Virus record (IMG/VR): IMGVR_UViG_3300048848_000248
Coordinates: 1-30,662 of that record
Reading direction: 5' to 3' (one strand)
Source: a virus
Taxonomy: Duplodnaviria; Caudoviricetes
Length of the DNA: 30,662 bases
Made by a program: the position numbers and the translations under genes. Of this stretch, positions 25,349-30,662 are shown one piece after another; position 1 is the first letter of the stretch, and each line of letters opens with the position of its first letter. A model generated the notes under the pieces. That model saw only the letters and a program-made list of their open reading frames with translations. It was not told where the DNA came from and did not search any database.

Positions 25349-26274
25349 GCGGCCTCCGTCTGGTCGGTGTTCTGCGCGTCCCGGATCGCGGTGATTAGTT
25401 CGGTCTTCCGCAGCTGGCGGACGCGGGGGACTTCGAGGTCGTCGCCGATGGCTTGCAGCTCGGCGAGCGCCCGGGTGCTGAGCAGGTCGAAGCGGGAGTG
25501 CTCGGGGCGCAGGGTGTCGAATGCTTCGGCTTCGTTCGGGTCGAGGGTGACAGGGCCGGCGGGTTCGACGACGGGTTCGGTGACGCCCTGCTGCAGCAGC
25601 GTCGCCTGCTCGACATCGTCCTGTGTGAGGACGGTGCCGCACTCGCTGTTCTGGCAGGTGACGGTGACGCGTGAGTGCACGCCGGTGGGCGGGGTCCAGA
25701 CGAGGTTGAGGTGCTCGCAGTCGGGGCAGCGGACGTGCTGCACGATGTGGGTGCGTTCCTCGAGCTCGTGGGCGTTGAGGGCGCTTGTCGCTGCCCGGGC
25801 GAACCTCACTGCCGCCTCGGCTCCCTTAGGTGTCGCGGCCCAGTAGTCGAGCCTGCCGGGGTAGCCGCGCAGGTGCGACTCGACCTCCTCGTATGCGAGG
25901 AACGGTGCGGGCAGGTTCACGTGCCCGGACGAGGCGGAGCGGATGCCGCCGTTGTCTTGCGCGACGGCCCGATCGAGGCCCCGCAGGACTTCGGCTTTAT
26001 CGACGGTCCACTGCACCAGGGCGAGCTCGACGCGGCGGTGGCAGGCTGCGCAGAGCAGGCCGACGGTTGCTTCTTTGGGGAGGCAACCGGTGCAGGCCAC
26101 CCATCCGCCGGCGCGGGCGTTCATCTGCCATCCGTCGCAAATGAGGCGGTGCTCGCCCTTGATGGTGCAGGTGTGCCAGTCGTCCATGCTGGCGGTGATG
26201 CAGATGTCGAGGTTCGGATTCGGCTCATCTGGGATCATCGGCTGCCCTCCCGTGTTCTGACGAGTTGCCGTCAC
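25345..26274 (-). CDS. Zn-finger protein with C-terminal Rho_N-like helical domain
   Basis: CTGC, CAAC, CPDC and CQNSEC motifs; L...LAELQAI...LEV.....LRKTELITAI. Confidence 0.7.
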   Translation of the reverse strand: MTATRQNTGGQPMIPDEPNPNLDICITASMDDWHTCTIKGEHRLICDGWQMNARAGGWVACTGCLPKEATVGLLCAACHRRVELALVQWTVDKAEVLRGLDRAVAQDNGGIRSASSGHVNLPAPFLAYEEVESHLRGYPGRLDYWAATPKGAEAAVRFARAATSALNAHELEERTHIVQHVRCPDCEHLNLVWTPPTGVHSRVTVTCQNSECGTVLTQDDVEQATLLQQGVTEPVVEPAGPVTLDPNEAEAFDTLRPEHSRFDLLSTRALAELQAIGDDLEVPRVRQLRKTELITAIRDAQNTDQTEAA

Positions 26275-26720
26275 AGCCCGGATACCGTCCGAAGTTCGAG
26301 GCTTAGTTCTGGCGAGAGGACCTCCGACCGAGCACCATCAGACGAGGAGCTCAGCTCCGCGGCTGCGACTTGGTCGGCTGCGCGAGCCTGACGGAGTCGC
26401 AGTGCGGCCTCTGCGGACAGGGCGTCGGTGGCCGGCCAGCGAGCGTCAACGATGCCTCGTGCTTTGGCGGATCGGACATCAGTCTCGATTTGATCGCGTG
26501 AAGCGCGGTTCATCGCCTGCACCGTGTCAAAGACGTGCGCGACGGTTAGATACTCGTGGCGCCTCGGGCCGGTCTGGTGTTCGATTACCGCCCGCTGCGC
26601 GTCAGCGAAAGAGAGTCCTGAGAGTGCCGCGTGCCAGGCGGTGGTGTTGACGTCGTCCACGTTGCGGTTATCGAAGCCTGCGGCGATGGTGAGAAGCTTT
26701 GCTGCTTCGAGCTTGTTCAT
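26271..26720 (-). CDS. Helicase loader/inhibitor-like protein (SPP1 G39P-like)
   Basis: MN..EAAKLL..AAGFDNR.......AW...L..LSFADAQRAV.EH; directly after the initiator gene. Confidence 0.65.
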   Translation of the reverse strand: MNKLEAAKLLTIAAGFDNRNVDDVNTTAWHAALSGLSFADAQRAVIEHQTGPRRHEYLTVAHVFDTVQAMNRASRDQIETDVRSAKARGIVDARWPATDALSAEAALRLRQARAADQVAAAELSSSSDGARSEVLSPELSLELRTVSGL

Positions 26721-27529
26721 GCGATCTCCTTCTGAAGCTGGTCTTGGATCTGTTGCGCTTCGAGCTGCGCGACATAGCTGAGGTTCTGTTCACCCCGGGT
26801 CGGAGCGCGACGACGGGATGACGGTGCGGGGTTCGGGCTGACGAAGTCGGACTCCTTGCGCCGCATCCAGTTGCGCCACGTCGCGTCCCAATCGAGCTTT
26901 AGTCCCTTCTGCCCGGGTTGAGAGATCCAGTAGTCAACGAACACTTCGTGCTCATGCCGGAGGTTCACGTGGGGTGCGTCGATCTTCGCCTTGGCGACCG
27001 AATCGGCTGACGGCTGCCAGTCGTTTGCAAGCCGTTCGCCGCGCTTGGTCGAACTGCGCGGTGCTCTCTCAGAAGTACCTTTAGGTACTGGTCGGGTCGG
27101 GTCGGGACGGGTCGGGTCGGGAAGAGCGGACAGACGGTGGGACGGTTTGTCGCGTCCCTCGCCCGTCCCGTTGGGACTTTCCCCCGCGTTCTCGGCCTTC
27201 TTCGCCCTCCATTGCTCTTTCCGCTGGCGTTCCCGCTCACGGTTCGCGATCGTTTCTGACTTCGACGGCTGATAGTCGCCCCAGTCGTGAAATGCGAAAC
27301 CTTCAGGCGTCTGCACCCAGAGACCGGACGCGACGAGGGCTGTCCCATGGGACAGGTCCGCCCCCCATTCCTCGAGCATGTACGTCGGCACCCGCCCATC
27401 GGTGAGATGCCTGGAGCACCACGTTCCTGCAATAGCCCACAGGCCTATCGCGGCGAGGCGGGCTGGACGCGGAATACTCAAGACCTTTGGGCTGGTGGCG
27501 AACCCGTCGTCGACTTTGAACCAGGCCAT
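26717..27529 (-). CDS. Phage replication initiator protein
   Basis: MAWFKVDDGF..SPK, AIGLW..AG.W....LTDG, FHDW.DYQP, PDPTRP linker and F.DYW....K.DW.ATWRNW motifs. Confidence 0.85.
   Translation of the reverse strand: MAWFKVDDGFATSPKVLSIPRPARLAAIGLWAIAGTWCSRHLTDGRVPTYMLEEWGADLSHGTALVASGLWVQTPEGFAFHDWGDYQPSKSETIANRERERQRKEQWRAKKAENAGESPNGTGEGRDKPSHRLSALPDPTRPDPTRPVPKGTSERAPRSSTKRGERLANDWQPSADSVAKAKIDAPHVNLRHEHEVFVDYWISQPGQKGLKLDWDATWRNWMRRKESDFVSPNPAPSSRRRAPTRGEQNLSYVAQLEAQQIQDQLQKEIA
27074..27355. repeat. Putative origin inside rep: palindromes and GGGTC/GGGAC repeats
   Basis: AGTACCT-TT-AGGTACT (27074-27089), tandem GGGTC (27090-27121), GTCCCGTTGGGAC (27165-27177), CTGTCCCATGGGACAG (27340-27355). 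Confidence 0.5.
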
Positions 27530-27706
27530 TCAGCCCTCCTTACGCACGATGTTGATGAGCAGGTCTATACCGAGTTCCTCGACCTCCGCGTGGGCGAGCA
27601 GGAGGTGCCGGGCGCAGAGGCTCGTTGCGACGTCTTCAGGAACGTGGCGGGTGCACTCTTGCCCGTCTGTCACGATCGTGCAGAACTGCTTTCGGAGCGC
27701 GCTCAT
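27530..27706 (-). CDS. Small Cys/His hypothetical protein
   Basis: ATGA overlap; GGAGG RBS; C...C...LCARH. Confidence 0.65.
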   Translation of the reverse strand: MSALRKQFCTIVTDGQECTRHVPEDVATSLCARHLLLAHAEVEELGIDLLINIVRKEG

Positions 27707-27930
27707 GCCGTAACCTCCGGCGCGAATTCGTGAGCCCCGCCGATGATGGGCCAGTCGTGTTGCGGCACCATCTCGTTGGCGAGCGCTGCTCGGGTGGCTT
27801 CGTCGGACCCACACCGTCCACACACTTCGGTGCAGTTGTCTGTGCGTGATGTGGCGCCGGCATACTCGCCGGGATGAACATCATCTGGAATGGCCCCCAA
27901 GCAACGTGGGCATGTCGGAGCGAGCATCAC
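27703..27930 (-). CDS. Small Zn-finger protein
   Basis: CPRC...GATSRTDN.TEVCGRCG.DEA; GTGA overlap. Confidence 0.7.
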   Translation of the reverse strand: MMLAPTCPRCLGAIPDDVHPGEYAGATSRTDNCTEVCGRCGSDEATRAALANEMVPQHDWPIIGGAHEFAPEVTA

Positions 27931-28730
27931 GCGGCCACCGCCTGAATCGAAGGCCTCAGGGTGTTGATGTTGCGGCACTCAGCAGCGGCCCACTGCAGAT
28001 CGGAGACGAACCCTCCGAGCTTGTCGGGGCCGACTCTGAGATCTGTGGCGTAGACCTCGACGGCCCACTGCTCTTCGTGCTCTCCGCGTTCGATTGTGAT
28101 CGAGTACCCGTCCCGCTCGGTGAACTCGTGGACGTGGAACCAGTCGTCACGGTCGCCCTCGTGGTAGGTGCGGGAGCACTTCGGCTCGTGGCACGGGTAG
28201 ATAGTGGGAAACGGTTCGCCCCATTTGTTAACCCGCTCTTTGTTCGGCTCTGTCGCGAACGACCAAGTGAGCTTGTAGCACGTGGCGCCGTTGCTGTCAT
28301 ACGGTGTCCATCCGAATCGCGTGAAGCGGCCGGCCTTGGCGGCTGCGACGAGCCGTTCAAATAGGGCCAGATCTGACTGGTCTGCGCCGCGGTAGAGATT
28401 GATGCGGAAGCGGCCTCGGGAGTGCGGTGAGGCGACGATGGTGCCGGCTCGTCGGTACCAGGCGCCGTCGTCGCCTTGCCAGATCTCCACGTTGCGGGTC
28501 TCGTCGCAGATCACTACGACGGGTAGATGAGCGAGGTTCGTGTCGGCCCACTCGATCTCGTCGATGGTGGTCTCGCCAACTGTGAGGTCGGCGTATCGGG
28601 TCGGTGTGCGGTCGGTGGTTGGTGCTACGTTGTTCACGATCGGTCGGTGCCCTTCTTCGTTGATGGTTCCGGTCTCGCCCTCGGATGCTGTTACCGCAGA
28701 TCCGGGGGCTCTCTTCGTTGTTGCGCTCAT
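27927..28730 (-). CDS. Hypothetical early protein
   Basis: ATGA overlap with the xis-like gene; start uncertain. Confidence 0.7.
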   Translation of the reverse strand: MSATTKRAPGSAVTASEGETGTINEEGHRPIVNNVAPTTDRTPTRYADLTVGETTIDEIEWADTNLAHLPVVVICDETRNVEIWQGDDGAWYRRAGTIVASPHSRGRFRINLYRGADQSDLALFERLVAAAKAGRFTRFGWTPYDSNGATCYKLTWSFATEPNKERVNKWGEPFPTIYPCHEPKCSRTYHEGDRDDWFHVHEFTERDGYSITIERGEHEEQWAVEVYATDLRVGPDKLGGFVSDLQWAAAECRNINTLRPSIQAVAA

Positions 28731-28960
28731 GACGCCTCCGCGGTGCCCTGTCGCTGGGTGGAGAGCAGCCACTCGAGCACCTCGCCGCGCTCGTAGACGA
28801 CCTTCTTCGGCGACGGCTTGTAGTACCTCGGGCCCTGCGCGTGGAAGCGGAGTTGAGCGAGTCCCGAGCGTGTCATTCCCGGGATGAGTTCGCAGACCTG
28901 GTCAGGCGTCAAAAGGCACAGAGAGGCTGTGTGAGTGGCTGAGTTTGCAGTGGTTCCCAT
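28727..28960 (-). CDS. xis: Excisionase/AlpA-like HTH protein
   Basis: LLTPDQVCELIPGMT...LAQLRF...GPRYYKP..K.V.Y....V..WL. Confidence 0.78.
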   Translation of the reverse strand: MGTTANSATHTASLCLLTPDQVCELIPGMTRSGLAQLRFHAQGPRYYKPSPKKVVYERGEVLEWLLSTQRQGTAEAS

Positions 28961-28983
28961 TCGGTTTCGCTTTCCCTAATCGA

Positions 28984-29012
28984 ATGAGCCAGTTGTGAAC
29001 GAGCTGGCTCAT
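28984..29012. promoter_or_regulatory. Operator-like inverted repeat between divergent genes
   Basis: ATGAGCCAG-N11-CTGGCTCAT, overlapping ATG 29011. Confidence 0.6.
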
Positions 29013-29532
29013 GGGGAAGACTACGAATGCGAGCCACCATTGTCAACCCCGGCTCAACGAGAAAGGGCGAGCCGTCGTGGCGAGAGCGAAGAAGTACATT
29101 CCGGTCAAGCCGGATCTGCTGTTCCCAGAGGAGATGGAACGAACTGTCGTCGACCTTCACAACCAAGTTCAGCTCGACTTTCACGCAAGATGGAATCCCC
29201 GTGATCGGGTCTATGTGTTCGATCGGCTGACTCTCACCGCGATGTCGGATGAGATGCCACTCACTGGCAAGACCATCCGCGCCGTCCAGGTGCAAGAGCT
29301 ATTCGATTTCGTCACCACGGAAGCTGTCGATACGGCGGACGGCAAGCCTTACCACGTCTCTTCGGAGCTGGGCGAGGGTGACGATCGCCTTCGCGACATC
29401 GCACGCCTGTACGTCGTGCATCGAGCCACCGGGAACAAAGGCCTGCAGGGTGTAGCGACAACGCTTGGTGTGAGCCAGAGCACCGCAACGCGCTGGGTTG
29501 CGGCCGCGCGAAAAGCCGGCCTGGTGGACTAG
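29011..29532 (+). CDS. Putative regulator with C-terminal HTH
   Basis: LRDIARLY...GLQGVATTLGVSQSTATRWVAAARKAGLV; 2 nt upstream of the integrase. Confidence 0.75.
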   Translation: MGKTTNASHHCQPRLNEKGRAVVARAKKYIPVKPDLLFPEEMERTVVDLHNQVQLDFHARWNPRDRVYVFDRLTLTAMSDEMPLTGKTIRAVQVQELFDFVTTEAVDTADGKPYHVSSELGEGDDRLRDIARLYVVHRATGNKGLQGVATTLGVSQSTATRWVAAARKAGLVD

Positions 29533-29534
29533 CG

Positions 29535-30662
29535 ATGGCCACGATCACGGCATATGACACGGCCGGAGGGAAGCGGTACCGGGTCAACTACCGAAAGCCC
29601 GACAATTCTCAGAGCACCAAGCGGGGATTCCGCCGCAAGAAGGACGCCGAGCTATGGGCAGCGAATGCTGAACTGTCGAAGGCTCGGGGCGACTACATCG
29701 ACGGCTCCGCTGCTCGAGTGACGGTAGGCGAGCTCGGCGCAACTTGGCTCTCCGCGCAGACGCATCTGAAACCCTCGTCATATCGGCCGATCGAGATCGC
29801 CTGGCGACTCTACGTCGAGCCGCAGTGGGGTGCCTTGCCGGTCGGACGGGTTCAGCACAGCGAAGTGCAGACGTGGGTCGCCGGCATTGGGAAGAGCGCG
29901 ACCACCACGCTGCGCGCGTACGGCGTGCTAGCGGCCGTCCTCGACCATGCTGTGCGGGACCGCCGCATCGCATCGAACCCTGCCCGCGGCGTCAGCCTGC
30001 CCAAGAAGGGCAAGAAGGCTCGCGTCTACCTCACACACGGTCAAGTTGAGCTGCTGGCCACCAAGGCGGGAAAGATGTCGACGCTCGTCTACACCCTCGC
30101 GTACTGCGGGCCCAGGTGGGGTGAAGCGACCGCCGTGCGCGTGAAGAACATCGACCGGAAGCGGCGCCGCATCAACATCGCTGAGAACGCCGTGAACGTC
30201 GGCGGGGTGGTGCACGTCGGCACTCCGAAGACCGGGGAGACGCGCAGCATCCCCTACCCCGCGTTTCTCGACGACGCCCTCGGCGTGGCAATGGACGGCA
30301 AGACGCCCGAGCAGCTCGTCTTCGGGGCGGGAGACGGCCACGTGCGGCCGCCCGATGGCCGCCGGGGGTGGTTCGTCTCAGCTGTGGCGAAGTGCAAGGC
30401 GGTCGATCCAACGTTCCCGACAATCACCATCCACGACCTTCGGCACACTGCCGCGAGTCTCGCGGTGTCGGCCGGCGCGGACGTGAAGGCAGTGCAGCGG
30501 ATGCTCGGGCACGCTTCAGCCGCGATGACTCTAGACACCTATGCCGACCTGTTCGACGACGACCTCGACGCCGTCGCGGTGGCCCTCAATGAGGCCAAGC
30601 GTTCGGCAAGTGTGGTCAAAATGTGGTCAGAACCCGAGTCCGAGAACGACGAAACCCCCTGA
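29535..30662 (+). CDS. int: Tyrosine integrase
   Basis: N-terminal arm-binding domain (YRVNYRKPD...KRGF..K.DA), GPRWGE, TPKTG, HDLRHT, MLGH and TLDTY catalytic motifs. Confidence 0.96.
   Translation: MATITAYDTAGGKRYRVNYRKPDNSQSTKRGFRRKKDAELWAANAELSKARGDYIDGSAARVTVGELGATWLSAQTHLKPSSYRPIEIAWRLYVEPQWGALPVGRVQHSEVQTWVAGIGKSATTTLRAYGVLAAVLDHAVRDRRIASNPARGVSLPKKGKKARVYLTHGQVELLATKAGKMSTLVYTLAYCGPRWGEATAVRVKNIDRKRRRINIAENAVNVGGVVHVGTPKTGETRSIPYPAFLDDALGVAMDGKTPEQLVFGAGDGHVRPPDGRRGWFVSAVAKCKAVDPTFPTITIHDLRHTAASLAVSAGADVKAVQRMLGHASAAMTLDTYADLFDDDLDAVAVALNEAKRSASVVKMWSEPESENDETP
30611..30629 (+). repeat. Tandem TGTGGTCA repeat, candidate integrase arm-type sites
   Basis: TGTGGTCA at 30611-30618 and 30622-30629 (11-bp period). 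Confidence 0.5.

Larger units (their letters stand above)
1745..30662 (-). mobile_element. Temperate siphovirus prophage (HK97-type head); exact att boundaries not resolved
   Basis: Co-oriented replication, packaging, head, tail and lysis genes with many ATGA/GTGA overlaps; integrase at the right end; terminator-like hairpin after the last tail gene. Confidence 0.93.

Overview
The window holds a nearly complete, compact (~29 kb) temperate siphovirus prophage with an HK97-type head, in a high-GC actinobacterial host that is probably Microbacteriaceae. At the right end, a tyrosine integrase and a regulator with a C-terminal HTH lie on the + strand. The rest runs on the - strand: an excisionase-like HTH, small early genes, a replication initiator, a G39P-like protein, a Zn-finger/Rho_N-like protein and an HTH. 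Next comes a late-operon leader cassette (stand-alone Pol-beta nucleotidyltransferase, Cys-rich protein, packaging HNH, a ubiquitin-like beta-grasp candidate lacking a C-terminal Gly, small ORFs). It is followed by a second HNH, TerS, TerL, a portal-MuF fusion, protease, capsid, connectors interrupted by an antisense NUMOD3-HNH, major tail, frameshifted chaperones, tape measure and Dit. The lysis cassette is embedded among the tail genes, and the operon ends with Tal, tail fibres and a beta-propeller glycosidase-like protein. The best candidate for a new system is the nucleotidyltransferase plus Ubl-like cassette, possibly a counter-defence module. All family assignments come from motif recognition by eye and need HMM or structure confirmation. 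No tRNA, rRNA or CRISPR array was seen.
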